Shown here in pieces: positions 1-9,812 of a stretch of DNA of 58,122 bases. The stretch is from Microgenomates group bacterium RBG_16_45_19 (GTDB taxonomy: Bacteria; Patescibacteriota; Microgenomatia; UBA1400; RBG-16-45-19), in the NCBI GenBank assembly GCA_001803415.1, contig MHDC01000023.1:1-58122 (forward strand). Reading direction: 5' to 3'. Every line of letters begins with the position of its first letter. Positions within the stretch are counted from its first letter, which is position 1. The notes below the pieces were generated by a model. The model saw only the letters and a program-made list of their open reading frames with translations. It did not search any database and was not told the origin of the DNA. The position numbers and the translations under genes are program-made.

Positions 1-422
1 CAATACAGGTCTTGGGAACATTTAAATTTGCTCATAGTGGGGCAGTAATTTGTAACACTATGAGTCTACATTAAGTAATCCAGGTGCGAAACTCGTGATT
101 ACCTCGCATTTTAAGCATTTGATATAGCCGCGGGCGGTTAGACAGACCTTCCGTTTACCACAGAAAACACACTTCCTACCCAGCCAAAAAGATGTCAGAC
201 GTTTTTGATAGCGAATATTGATCATAACCATCAAGCTAATTTTAGCGTTGATTGGTTACGAAATCATCTAATTACCAAGATTATTTATGGTTAACTTTGA
301 GTCCAGGGTGGGAACGTCTCGGTAATCTCAGGGCAAACCAAGTTGATAAATCGTCTCCCACTTAGTTTACGAGATCGGGGTGGAAATGAGATTGATGATA
401 TCCCGAGGTGTCTTGATCACTG

Positions 423-435
423 CACCCCCGGGGTG
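423..435. repeat. Dispersed palindrome CACCCC-C-GGGGTG (copy 1)
   Basis: Read directly; near-identical copies at 26556-26569, 54889-54903 and 54912-54928. Confidence 0.7.
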
Positions 436-487
436 AAGGTTCCATTTTCAGCTAGCGCTCGGTCAAAAGGTATGTAATACTCGACTT

Positions 488-1819
488 ATGGATGATGAGG
501 TTCCACAACCATCTGAGGGGACTAGAATTAAATCACTAGGATCGCTGCTACGAAAAGGGGGTGAGGGAACTCAGCCAGAATCTGGACAGACCGGGCTGAG
601 TGAGGATACACCTGCTGAAGGTAAACAAGAAGCAGAGATTTTAAAGAGACCTTTAGCTGAGACGCTTCGTGTCTGTCTGGAACAGGTAACCAAAATCGAT
701 GATAGAGCAGAGAATTCCCATTTCCGAAATGGTGCACAGCTATTTGAAGAATATATACAGGCTCAGGCTGATATTCAGAGGGGTAATTATGAATCGGGTA
801 AACAAATACCTTCGGCTCAGATACAAAAGCGCAAGGGACAAGTTACTAATTTTCAATCATATTTAAATGATGGTCTTGAACACTTGTGGGCGGAAACTGA
901 TCATTTGAAACCCATGGACGAGACAGAATTACAGGATTTACCAAAAGAAGAACAACAGCAATTGGTGGCGGCTTATAAGGCTAGCCAAAAGAGCTTCGTT
1001 GAGGGGGTGACTCAAGCCACGGGAGTGTTGTTTGAGGCCATTGACGGCCAAGATTGGCAGACGGCAGCCCGGGTATTTGAAGCTATACCAATTCTTAAGG
1101 AGGCAGCTTATGCTGGGGCGGTGGTTGAGAGTTTAAGATCAGTCAGCTCAGCTGATTTAGTTAAAGCCCAACCATTAATTGAGTGTTTGCTGTATATTCC
1201 GAGACTTAGACGTGAACTTGAAGCTTTCCAAATACAACCTACCCAACGTGAGATATTACATGAACTTTATGGATTGAGTGTCGGTGATAATTATTGGGAT
1301 CAGATCATCATATCAAATCGTTTGGACGGTGATAAGGTGACCGCTTGGGCAATTACCAAATGGCTAGGCCACCTGGATGAACCACTAAGTCAAAATAATC
1401 AGTTGGTGCAAGAAGTTTATGATCAATCGATAACGGAGCAAGCATGTGTCAATCACTTAGGTCCGATTCGCTTCTTACTTGGTATTCTGGGTCATCCCCA
1501 GATTCAGATGCTTCTTACGGAAGAACAAAGATTGGAGCTTCGGGCGGCGGCGGTACAAACGGCGGTTGAGCTTTATCAGTATCAATACCCTCAAGAGAAT
1601 CCCTATCGCGATAGCTTTTATCAATTACGCCGACCCTTGGTAGCCCAGCTACTGTCTCATGCACTAGGTGCGATTACGGCCGTTCAAGCCTATGAAAATC
1701 TCCAGACACCAATTGCAAAAATTGCAAAAGAATTGATTAATACAGCTTTATCCAGACAAGATCAAGGGCTGATTCAGGATTTGGATAATCTAGACCAGCA
1801 AAAGGCAGGAAATGGATAA
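488..1819 (+). CDS. Hypothetical protein, 443 aa, predicted soluble and helical
   Basis: Long uninterrupted ORF with a low-complexity acidic N-terminus; no family motif recognised. Confidence 0.7.
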   Translation: MDDEVPQPSEGTRIKSLGSLLRKGGEGTQPESGQTGLSEDTPAEGKQEAEILKRPLAETLRVCLEQVTKIDDRAENSHFRNGAQLFEEYIQAQADIQRGNYESGKQIPSAQIQKRKGQVTNFQSYLNDGLEHLWAETDHLKPMDETELQDLPKEEQQQLVAAYKASQKSFVEGVTQATGVLFEAIDGQDWQTAARVFEAIPILKEAAYAGAVVESLRSVSSADLVKAQPLIECLLYIPRLRRELEAFQIQPTQREILHELYGLSVGDNYWDQIIISNRLDGDKVTAWAITKWLGHLDEPLSQNNQLVQEVYDQSITEQACVNHLGPIRFLLGILGHPQIQMLLTEEQRLELRAAAVQTAVELYQYQYPQENPYRDSFYQLRRPLVAQLLSHALGAITAVQAYENLQTPIAKIAKELINTALSRQDQGLIQDLDNLDQQKAGNG

Positions 1820-1856
1820 ATAACAACCGGCCTTGAATGTATTCTTTGGGAAAACA

Positions 1857-3227
1857 TTATTTGGCACTGACGATGGCAAGTAAGACTTGGATTTGGCCGT
1901 CTTGGGGGACAAAAGCGCCAATCATATCACGTCCGGCTGAGGTAGTAGCGGTAAACAAGCAGGTTTTGGGGGATTGGGGATCAAACTGGATTTGGCTGGA
2001 ATGCAGTTTACCCTGGGGATCTGGCTCGGAGGCGGTGGCGGTGCAAGTACCAGCTTGAAGATCGTAAGTAAAGCGCTTGGGAATATATTCGGCTGGAGCG
2101 AGCAAGCCGTCATAACTGACAGTGGTAATAAAGCCATCCTGTTCGACCCAGACAACAACACCAGTGCGTTCCTGACTTTCATAGGCTACTAAATCCGATC
2201 CTGGTAAAAGCATATTATATTGGGTGAGAAATTCAAGGATTTGAGCTTTAAAGACGGGAAAATTCGCTTTAACTGGCTCATTGGCGATTTGTTCACTGAG
2301 AACATGGTTACCGGGAAGGTAGTGGTAAGCTTGAGCAATTTCGTCCCAAGCTTGCCAGCGAAGTTGCTCCGTGGATTGAGTGGGGGTGGTTTCAGCTGTA
2401 GGAGGTAGAGAAGTGCTTGTCGGTGGTGGTAAGGTCGGTGTGGACGGCAGCCATTCCGGAGTATAAGTTTCGGAAATCGGGATCGGTTCTTTGGCCAAAG
2501 GTAGAGTAGGTTTGGTAAATATGCGGCTTGCTAAAGCGGCAGCAGTTACTAGGCCAGGAATCATAATAGCGGCTGTAGTCTTGAGTTTCTGGGTTCGACG
2601 ATAGGTTTCGAAGGCAGATAGAGCTTGGCGGTGAAGCTGGCTACCGTCAATGTTTGCCTGATATAAAGGATTATCAGGAGTTTTAGCCCAGGTATTTAAG
2701 TGGTTGATTAATTGCTGGTGTTGTTTGGGAGTGAGTTGGATTTGGTCTAGATGTCTGCCAAGAGCGATAAAAGAGGCTTTGTCGTTTACGTTAACAGCGC
2801 GGATTAAAAAAGGTTCCAAGCCTGGATAAGGATTGATCAAATTTTCCGCTAGTAAAAAACCAGATTTGGGATAAATCCGGCGCAAGTCGGCAAAGGAAGA
2901 TTGGTTTGGTCCTGGTGGTTGGTAGAGAAGTCGGGCCAAATGATGAATTTGGACTGCCGAAATCGGCGCCTCTTGAGGCCAGTAGGCTTCAGTTTCAAGA
3001 AGAGGCCGTTGATATAATTGGAGTTGGTTTCTAAAGGAAACAGTAGTCTCCTCTGGATCTCCGGGTACATACAATAACTGATCAAGAATTCTAAGGTTGA
3101 TGTTTGGTTTGAGTAAACTGGATCGAGTTTCTTCAGGAAACAGATTGAATAAATTAACCAGATTAGAAGTAATTTCTGGGGTAAGAGGTATTTCGGTGGA
3201 CGCTGGGGAAAGAGAAGTCTCGTTCAT
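1857..3227 (-). CDS. Hypothetical single-pass membrane protein with Pro/Thr linker
   Basis: 456-aa ORF; hydrophobic stretch AAIMIPGLVTAAALA followed by PSTPTLPPPTSTSLPP linker. Confidence 0.7.
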   Translation of the reverse strand: MNETSLSPASTEIPLTPEITSNLVNLFNLFPEETRSSLLKPNINLRILDQLLYVPGDPEETTVSFRNQLQLYQRPLLETEAYWPQEAPISAVQIHHLARLLYQPPGPNQSSFADLRRIYPKSGFLLAENLINPYPGLEPFLIRAVNVNDKASFIALGRHLDQIQLTPKQHQQLINHLNTWAKTPDNPLYQANIDGSQLHRQALSAFETYRRTQKLKTTAAIMIPGLVTAAALASRIFTKPTLPLAKEPIPISETYTPEWLPSTPTLPPPTSTSLPPTAETTPTQSTEQLRWQAWDEIAQAYHYLPGNHVLSEQIANEPVKANFPVFKAQILEFLTQYNMLLPGSDLVAYESQERTGVVVWVEQDGFITTVSYDGLLAPAEYIPKRFTYDLQAGTCTATASEPDPQGKLHSSQIQFDPQSPKTCLFTATTSAGRDMIGAFVPQDGQIQVLLAIVSAK

Positions 3228-3231
3228 ATGA

Positions 3232-4575
3232 CTATTGCGGGGAGAGGGTTAAGAGGGCGGTGGCGTTGGGGGCGAGGGGGAGTGAGTGAGAGAGGGTAGC
3301 ACCGGTGGTGGCCAGGAGGGTATTTGAGGGCAAGCGGCCTAAGAATTCGGTAGTCAGGTGGTAGGCACCGGGAGTAAGGTGAGTAAATTGAATCGGTACG
3401 GTTTCGGTGTTTTTGCCATCGGGATCATAGTTAGTCACCAGCAGTTGGATAGCACCGGCGGCATCTTTAGCAGCCAGGGCTTTAACGTAAGTGCCAAAAC
3501 CGGAAACGTCGAGGCGTTCAGGCCCTAAGCGATTTAATAAACGCAGAGCCTGATAACGGGGCTTCTCCCGACTGCCAAAATCTTGATGGGTCAGTAGACC
3601 CCAGCGGCCCCAAAACTCTTGGCCGGCCGGGTCTTTGCCGTCTTGAATTTCAAAGACAAAGGCATGTTTGATGGCCGGGGTGACCAGGCTCATAGTGGCA
3701 ACGGTGTGAGCGGCAGCCACCTCGGTGTCATAAAAAGGATGATTCTCACTGGTTAAACCCCATTCACTGATGATTGGTTCAACGGTGGAAAAATACTGGG
3801 GATAGGCTTGGAGAAACTTATAGAACTTGACCAGATCGTCGAAAAATTCGGCCGGTTTAGCCGAATACTGATGCCAGGAGTAAAAATCGAGGCGGAGCTG
3901 GTTTTGAGCGGCATGATTGAAAAAACGAGATAACCAGTTGTCATAAAGAGCGGAAGTGGCCGGACCGCCAAAGCGAAATGGTTGGACGTTTTTGGCGGCG
4001 GCGGCACCGCGGGCGGCATAAAGATAGAGGGTTAAGTAGTCTTTGTCGCCGTAGGTTTTCCACCGGCCGAATAAATCGGGCTCATTCCAAACTTCGTAAT
4101 AGACGTCGGTCAAATTCAAGCCGCTAGTGCCACTGACATGCTCGATGGTGGCTTGGACCAGAGCTTGCCAAGCAGACCAAGACTGAGGGATACCGGTGAT
4201 ATCGCCATTAGCCAGGGTGGGCGGCAGGTAAGACAGGGAGAGAAAGGGTTTAGCCCCCGCCACGGTGATTTGATTAAGCAAAGCGTCCAATTTTGACCAA
4301 TCGTATTGGAGCGTACCGGCGTCAGTCCGGGTCATCGGTTCATAAAAATCATAGATATGGTCCAGGCGGATGTATTCGGGTTGGAGGGCTTGAAGTTTAG
4401 GCAATACCGGAGTGAATTGATAGGCGGGCGCCTCGCCGCCTTGAGCTAGAGACCGCCAGGGACGAACCAGGGGCCCGGGGCTGGTTTGGGTGTCGATCAC
4501 CAAAGCGGCCGGAACCGAGCGAGCCAGACCTAAAAAATTCTGAACGGTATCCAGATGGAGACGCAAACTAATCAA
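3232..4575 (-). CDS. Glycoside hydrolase family 39-like protein (clan GH-A); true start probably further upstream
   Basis: YIRLDH, EVWNEPD acid/base motif, FGGPA, SWHQY, ISEWG nucleophile motif. Confidence 0.85.
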   Translation of the reverse strand: MISLRLHLDTVQNFLGLARSVPAALVIDTQTSPGPLVRPWRSLAQGGEAPAYQFTPVLPKLQALQPEYIRLDHIYDFYEPMTRTDAGTLQYDWSKLDALLNQITVAGAKPFLSLSYLPPTLANGDITGIPQSWSAWQALVQATIEHVSGTSGLNLTDVYYEVWNEPDLFGRWKTYGDKDYLTLYLYAARGAAAAKNVQPFRFGGPATSALYDNWLSRFFNHAAQNQLRLDFYSWHQYSAKPAEFFDDLVKFYKFLQAYPQYFSTVEPIISEWGLTSENHPFYDTEVAAAHTVATMSLVTPAIKHAFVFEIQDGKDPAGQEFWGRWGLLTHQDFGSREKPRYQALRLLNRLGPERLDVSGFGTYVKALAAKDAAGAIQLLVTNYDPDGKNTETVPIQFTHLTPGAYHLTTEFLGRLPSNTLLATTGATLSHSLPLAPNATALLTLSPQ

Positions 4576-4673
4576 GCAAAACAGAAGAAATAAGGAAACC
4601 AGGCTTTTTCGAAGATAGTGGGTTTTTAGCTTTTGTCTGGTTATAGTTTAACCCTATCACATCAAGCCTCCAC

Positions 4674-4702
4674 TTGACATTAGTTAGCAGTCTTGGTAAT
4701 CT
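4674..4702 (+). promoter_or_regulatory. Sigma70-type promoter of the hrcA operon
   Basis: TTGACA (4674-4679), 17 bp spacer, TAATCT (4697-4702) preceded by TG; SD AAGGAG at 4728-4733. Confidence 0.75.
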
Positions 4703-4710
4703 GCTGCTAA
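4684..4710. promoter_or_regulatory. CIRCE-like HrcA operator
   Basis: TTAGCAGTC-N9-TGCTGCTAA versus consensus TTAGCACTC-N9-GAGTGCTAA; same 27-bp geometry, overlaps the -10, directly upstream of hrcA. Confidence 0.85.
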
Positions 4711-4739
4711 CAAGCAACTGCCATATAAAGGAGTGACTT

Positions 4740-5462
4740 ATGACGGACTTGACCGACAGGCAAGTGCAAATCTTGAGGGCGGTAGTGGAAGAATACATGC
4801 AGACCGCCGAACCGGTGGGGTCGGAAACCTTAGACCGGAAATATAACCTGGGAGTATCACCGGCGACCATCAGAAATGAGATGGCCTATTTAGTTGACCT
4901 AGGGTACCTCAAGCAACCACACACTTCAGCCGGGCGAATACCCTCAGCAACGGCGATCCGTTTGTACATCGACGAAATGATGAAGGAGCGGAGCTTAACG
5001 GTGGCGGAAGAAGTCTCCGCCAAGGAGAAAGTCTGGGAAAAACGGGAAGTATTGGGAGATGTGTTAAGGGCGGTGACATATGAATTAGCCAGACGAACCG
5101 GTTCGATTGGGGTAGCGGTGACCGATGAGTTAAAAGTTTACCATGCCGGTTATGCCCATGTCTTAGATTTACCGGAATTTTACGATATCGATGTGACTAA
5201 GTCGGTCTTATCGATGTTGGACGAAGCCCAACAGTTATTAGATCTATTCCGCCGGGCGCACGATGACCGGGAAATCCATGTCTTGCTCGGAGATGATTTT
5301 GGCAATCAATTTTTAGAGCCGGTGGGGGTGGTTTACACTGACTTCCAGACTAGTCATCACCGCGGTTCGGTGGGAGTAATCGGGTCGGCCAGGTTAGATT
5401 ACCCGTACGTGGTACCGCTGGTGAGACATTTCGGGCAATTGATTCGGGAATTTTCGGCTTAA
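4740..5462 (+). CDS. hrcA: Heat-inducible transcription repressor HrcA (short form)
   Basis: LTDRQVQILRAVVEEY, EPVGSETL, VSPATIRNEM, QPHTSAGRIPS, GVIGSARLDY; first gene before grpE-dnaK-dnaJ. Confidence 0.95.
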   Translation: MTDLTDRQVQILRAVVEEYMQTAEPVGSETLDRKYNLGVSPATIRNEMAYLVDLGYLKQPHTSAGRIPSATAIRLYIDEMMKERSLTVAEEVSAKEKVWEKREVLGDVLRAVTYELARRTGSIGVAVTDELKVYHAGYAHVLDLPEFYDIDVTKSVLSMLDEAQQLLDLFRRAHDDREIHVLLGDDFGNQFLEPVGVVYTDFQTSHHRGSVGVIGSARLDYPYVVPLVRHFGQLIREFSA

Positions 5463-5492
5463 AGGGTTATGATTAATGAGGGAGTGGCTGAT

Positions 5493-5930
5493 ATGGCTAA
5501 AAAAACTAGTAAAGTAAAAACCAAAAGTGACCAACAAGATCTAAAAGCCATGGAAGATAAATGGCAAAGAGCCTTGGCCGATTACCAAAATCTAACCAAG
5601 CGGGTCGAACAACAGCAAGCCATGTATATTAAATTGGCTAGCCTGTCATTAGTCAAACGACTGATCGAAGTGGTGGATCATTTTGAGCGAGCCTTAAGCC
5701 ACCTCCAAGATCCGGGCGTCAAGATGATCTACGACGAATTGAAACGGGTTTTAAGCGATGAAGGCCTAACGGAAGTAGAAGTGATGGGTAAAACTTTTGA
5801 TCCGAGTCTGATGGAATGTACCGAAAAAGTGGCGGGTGAAGCCAACAGGGTGATACGGGTGGACCAAAAAGGTTATCAACTAAACGGTATTTTGATCCGG
5901 CCAGCTAAAGTGGCGGTCGGAGTTAAATAA
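5493..5930 (+). CDS. grpE: Nucleotide exchange factor GrpE
   Basis: RALADYQNLTKR, FDPSLME, GYQLNGILIRPAKVAV; start moved to ATG 5493 because GAGGGAG lies upstream. Confidence 0.93.
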   Translation: MAKKTSKVKTKSDQQDLKAMEDKWQRALADYQNLTKRVEQQQAMYIKLASLSLVKRLIEVVDHFERALSHLQDPGVKMIYDELKRVLSDEGLTEVEVMGKTFDPSLMECTEKVAGEANRVIRVDQKGYQLNGILIRPAKVAVGVK

Positions 5931-5942
5931 AGGAGAAAACCT

Positions 5943-7877
5943 ATGAGTAAAATCATTGGCATTGACTTAGGGACGACTAACAGCGCCGTGGCGGTAATGG
6001 AGGGGGGGACGCCAAAGGTAATCCCCACCGCTGAAGGCCGGAATTTAATCCCCTCGGTAGTGGAACCCGAGAAAAACCTGGTCGGTGACGTGGCCAAGCG
6101 GCAAATGATTTTGAATCCGGAAAACACGATTTACTCGATTAAACGCTTAATGGGTCGACGCTTCGGTGATACCCAAGTGAAAAAGACTGAAGAAATGGTG
6201 TCTTATAAAATTAAGGCCGGTAAAGATAACCTGGCGGCGGTTGAAGTCGGCGGAAAATTGTATACACCGCAGGAAATTTCGGCCAAAATCTTACAAAAAG
6301 CCAAAGCTGATGCCGAAGCTTACTTAGGTGAAAAAGTGGATCGGGCGGTGATTACGGTACCAGCCTATTTTGACGATTCCCAACGACAAGCGACCAAGCA
6401 AGCCGGGGAAATTGCCGGTTTAACCGTCGAGCGGATCATTAATGAACCAACCGCCGCGTCCTTAGCTTACGGCTTGGACAAAAAAGGCAGCAAAACCATT
6501 GCCGTTTATGATTTGGGCGGCGGCACCTTTGATATCTCGATCCTGGAAATTGGCGAGGGGGTGTTTGAAGTCAAATCGACTAACGGCGACACTTTCCTCG
6601 GGGGTGACGATTTCGACGCCCGGGTGATCGACTATATTACCCAAGAGTTTAAAAAAGAGCACGGGATTGATTTAAAGGCTGACAAGCAAGCGCTGCAGCG
6701 GATCAAGGACAGCGCCGAAAAAGCCAAAATTGAACTGTCATCGAGCCAAGAAACGGAAATTAACCAGCCGTTTATCACACAAAGCAAGGACGGGCAACCG
6801 CTGCATCTGACGATGAAGCTAACTCGAGCCAAACTGGAAGAATTGGTCGACGATTTAATTGAACAGACAATGAAGCCGGTGAAGTTGGCCCTAAAGGATG
6901 CCAAAAAGGAACCTAAAGATATCAATGAGGTCGTCCTGGTTGGGGGTCAAACCCGAATGCCTAAAATTCAGAAAATGGTCAAGGCCTACTTTGGCAAAGA
7001 ACCGCATAAAGGGGTCAATCCGGATGAGGTGGTGGCCGTGGGCGCCGCCATTCAGGGTGGAGTTTTGACCGGAGACGTCAAGGATATTTTGCTTTTGGAC
7101 GTTACCCCCTTAACTTTGGGGGTCGAAACTTTGGGCGGAGTGAGGACGCCGGTGATTGACCGCAATACGACCGTACCGACCAGCAAAGCCCAAGTCTTCT
7201 CCACCGCCTCGGATAATCAACCGCAAGTCGAGATTAACATTTTACAAGGTGAACGGGATATGGCCAACGATAACAAAACGCTGGGGCGGTTTATTTTGGA
7301 TGGTATTCCGCCGGCACCCAGGGGTTTGCCGCAAATCGAGGTCACCTTTGACATAGATGCCAACGGAATCCTGAAAGTGACAGCCAAAGATAAGGGCACC
7401 AATAAAGAACAGCACATCACCATACAAAACGCCACCAATTTGTCCGACGATGAAGTGGAAAAGATGAGGGCGGATGCCGAGAAACACGCCGAAGAAGATA
7501 AGAAAAAGAAAGAATTGGCCGAAGCCCGGAATCGAGCCTCACAAGCAGCTTTTGAAGTGGAAAAACAACTCAAGGAGCACGGGGATAAATTGGAAGCAGC
7601 TGATCGGGAAAAAATTGAAGCGGAAGTGAAACAGTTAAAAGAACTGTCGACTAAAGACGAAGCTTCAGCCGAAGACTTAAACAAAGCCACGGAAGCCACC
7701 CTGACCGCGTCCCAGAAACTGGGAGAGATAATCTATAAAAAGGCCTCCACCGACGCTGAGGCAAGCTCAGCCAAGGCGGACAAGCAAGAGGAGTCGGAGA
7801 ATAAAGGAACTGAAGAACAGAAAAAGAAGAAGGATAAAAAGGCTGATGCAGAAGAGGGACAAGTAGTGGACGAGTAG
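5943..7877 (+). CDS. dnaK: Chaperone DnaK (Hsp70)
   Basis: [51 protein letters not shown]. Confidence 0.99.
   Translation: MSKIIGIDLGTTNSAVAVMEGGTPKVIPTAEGRNLIPSVVEPEKNLVGDVAKRQMILNPENTIYSIKRLMGRRFGDTQVKKTEEMVSYKIKAGKDNLAAVEVGGKLYTPQEISAKILQKAKADAEAYLGEKVDRAVITVPAYFDDSQRQATKQAGEIAGLTVERIINEPTAASLAYGLDKKGSKTIAVYDLGGGTFDISILEIGEGVFEVKSTNGDTFLGGDDFDARVIDYITQEFKKEHGIDLKADKQALQRIKDSAEKAKIELSSSQETEINQPFITQSKDGQPLHLTMKLTRAKLEELVDDLIEQTMKPVKLALKDAKKEPKDINEVVLVGGQTRMPKIQKMVKAYFGKEPHKGVNPDEVVAVGAAIQGGVLTGDVKDILLLDVTPLTLGVETLGGVRTPVIDRNTTVPTSKAQVFSTASDNQPQVEINILQGERDMANDNKTLGRFILDGIPPAPRGLPQIEVTFDIDANGILKVTAKDKGTNKEQHITIQNATNLSDDEVEKMRADAEKHAEEDKKKKELAEARNRASQAAFEVEKQLKEHGDKLEAADREKIEAEVKQLKELSTKDEASAEDLNKATEATLTASQKLGEIIYKKASTDAEASSAKADKQEESENKGTEEQKKKKDKKADAEEGQVVDE
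7746..7780 (+). repeat. REP-like hairpin within the dnaK C-terminal tail
   Basis: TCCACC-GAC-GCTGAG-GCAAG-CTCAGC-CAA-GGCGGA; shares GGCAAGCTCAG with the element at 21262-21272. Confidence 0.4.
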
Positions 7878-7883
7878 GGATGA

Positions 7884-8762
7884 ATGACGACGAAGCGGGA
7901 CTATTACGATATTTTAGGTGTCTCTAAGTCGGCGTCAGCGGCGGAAATCAAAGCGGCTTACCGCAAGATGGCCTTGCAGTATCATCCCGATCGCAACAAA
8001 GAAGCGGGAGCGGAAGAACGGTTTAAGGAAATCAACGAGGCCTATCAAGTCTTGGCTGATCCCCAGAAAAAACAAACTTATGATCAGTTCGGTCACGCCG
8101 CGTTTGACCCGAGATCAGGTTTTCCGGGAGGCGGCGGCGGTCGAACTTATCGCCAAGGACCGTTTACCTACACCTATTATTCCGGAGGGAGCCCGTTTGG
8201 TGGAGGTGGTGGGCAAAACTCTGGCTTTGATTTTTCGGATCCGTTTGAAATTTTTGAACAGTTTTTTGGCGGGGCCTCACCTTTTGGCCGAACTTATCGC
8301 TCCAAACCCCATTACTCGCTTGATATTGCGTTAAGGGAAGCGGTGAAGGGGATAGATCGGACCATTATCCATCAGGGGCGAGAATATACGGTCAAGATCC
8401 CGGCCGGTGCCGGCGACGGTACCCGGATTCGCTTCCAAGATTTTGACGTCTCGGTCAACGTTAAGCCGGACGACCAGTTTAAACGGGACGGGGATGATTT
8501 ATTTATCGATGCGGCGGTACCGTTGTCGACGGCGGTGTTGGGTGGAGTCATCAACGTGCCGACAATGGATGGGGAAGTGAGGTTAAAAGTGAGACCGGGG
8601 ACCCAGTCACAGGCAATGATCCGCCTGAGAGGTCGGGGGGTACCACATCTACGGGGCATGGGTAAAGGTGATTTATACATCCGGCTAGTGGTGACTATCC
8701 CGGAAAATCTGAGTCGGGAACAAAAACGCCTCTTTATAAACTTAAAAGAAACCGGTGAGTGA
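7884..8762 (+). CDS. dnaJ: DnaJ-family co-chaperone lacking the Zn-finger region
   Basis: DYYDILGV, J-domain HPD motif, G/F-rich linker, C-terminal GDLYIRLVV; no CxxCxGxG repeats. Confidence 0.92.
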   Translation: MTTKRDYYDILGVSKSASAAEIKAAYRKMALQYHPDRNKEAGAEERFKEINEAYQVLADPQKKQTYDQFGHAAFDPRSGFPGGGGGRTYRQGPFTYTYYSGGSPFGGGGGQNSGFDFSDPFEIFEQFFGGASPFGRTYRSKPHYSLDIALREAVKGIDRTIIHQGREYTVKIPAGAGDGTRIRFQDFDVSVNVKPDDQFKRDGDDLFIDAAVPLSTAVLGGVINVPTMDGEVRLKVRPGTQSQAMIRLRGRGVPHLRGMGKGDLYIRLVVTIPENLSREQKRLFINLKETGE

Positions 8763-8777
8763 TGATAAGATTAGAGC

Positions 8778-9812
8778 ATGATCTATCGCAAACCACGGTT
8801 GGATGAAGAAGCCGCGTATGATCGGTTGGTGAAACACCCGCTGCAAAGCCGGGCTTGGGGTAATTTTAGAGAAAATAACGGGGTAAGCTTAGAGCGATTG
8901 ATCGGATTTGAAGGCAACCGGATGATTAATCAAATGCAAGTGACTTTCCACCCGATCCCCAAACTGCCGTATATGATCGGTTATTATCCGAAAGGAAGCT
9001 GGCCGGACGAGAGTGCCCTGCAAGCGTTAAAGGAAATCGGCAAAAGAGAGAAGGCCATATTCGTCAAGCTCGAACCGGATGTGTCGGTACCACCTTACCA
9101 AGAGACCGATTTAAACCAATTGCAGGAATTCCTGTTAAAGCACGGCTGCCGTAGCGGCCGACCGCTGTTTACGCCCTACAGCTTTATCATTGATTTGACC
9201 AAAAGTGAAGATGAGTTAATCGTCGAGATGAAAGCGAAAACGCGCTACAACGTTAAAGTAGCGATGAAACACGGAGTCCAAGTGGTCGAAGACAGCAGTG
9301 ATCAGGGGTTTAATGAATATCTGGAGTTATTGTCGTTGACGACGAAACGACAGAAATTTTTTGCCCACACCCAGCAATATCAGCGACAGATGTGGCAACA
9401 CATGAAGGGAGCGGGCATGGCTCATTTGCTCAAAGCCACCTATCAGGGGGAAACTATGGTGGTCTGGGTTCTGTTTAAATTGGGTCAGCGACTGTTTTAC
9501 CCCTATGGGGCCTCAAGCCGGAAACACCGGGAAGTGATGGCTTCTAACCTGCTGATGTGGGAAGCAATGCGCTGGGGTAAAAAAAGCGGCTGTACCAGTT
9601 TTGATTTGTGGGGGTCTTTGGGTCCCCAGGCCGATCCCAAAGATCCGTGGTACGGTTTCCATAAGTTTAAAGAGGGCTACGGCGGGATTTTAGCCAAGTT
9701 TGTGGGTTCGTATGACTTGGTGATAGATGCCAAGCTTTATAAACTGTTCCGGATTGGGGACCGGTGGCGATGGCAATGGCTGCGGTTTAAAAGCAAATTA
9801 TGGCGGAATTGA
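8778..9812 (+). CDS. FemAB/FemX-family peptidoglycan interpeptide-bridge ligase
   Basis: HPLQSRAW, KTRYNVKVA, YPYGASS, LLMWEAM, FDLWG, FKEGYGG. Confidence 0.85.
   Translation: MIYRKPRLDEEAAYDRLVKHPLQSRAWGNFRENNGVSLERLIGFEGNRMINQMQVTFHPIPKLPYMIGYYPKGSWPDESALQALKEIGKREKAIFVKLEPDVSVPPYQETDLNQLQEFLLKHGCRSGRPLFTPYSFIIDLTKSEDELIVEMKAKTRYNVKVAMKHGVQVVEDSSDQGFNEYLELLSLTTKRQKFFAHTQQYQRQMWQHMKGAGMAHLLKATYQGETMVVWVLFKLGQRLFYPYGASSRKHREVMASNLLMWEAMRWGKKSGCTSFDLWGSLGPQADPKDPWYGFHKFKEGYGGILAKFVGSYDLVIDAKLYKLFRIGDRWRWQWLRFKSKLWRN

Noticed and set aside
4568-4870. 100-aa minus-strand ORF across the hrcA promoter
   Set aside because: Antisense to hrcA and covers CIRCE and the promoter; no motif.
5876-8680. 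Several alternative-frame and antisense ORFs over dnaK and dnaJ
   Set aside because: Shadow ORFs of conserved genes; the same applies to most short overlapping ORFs in the track.
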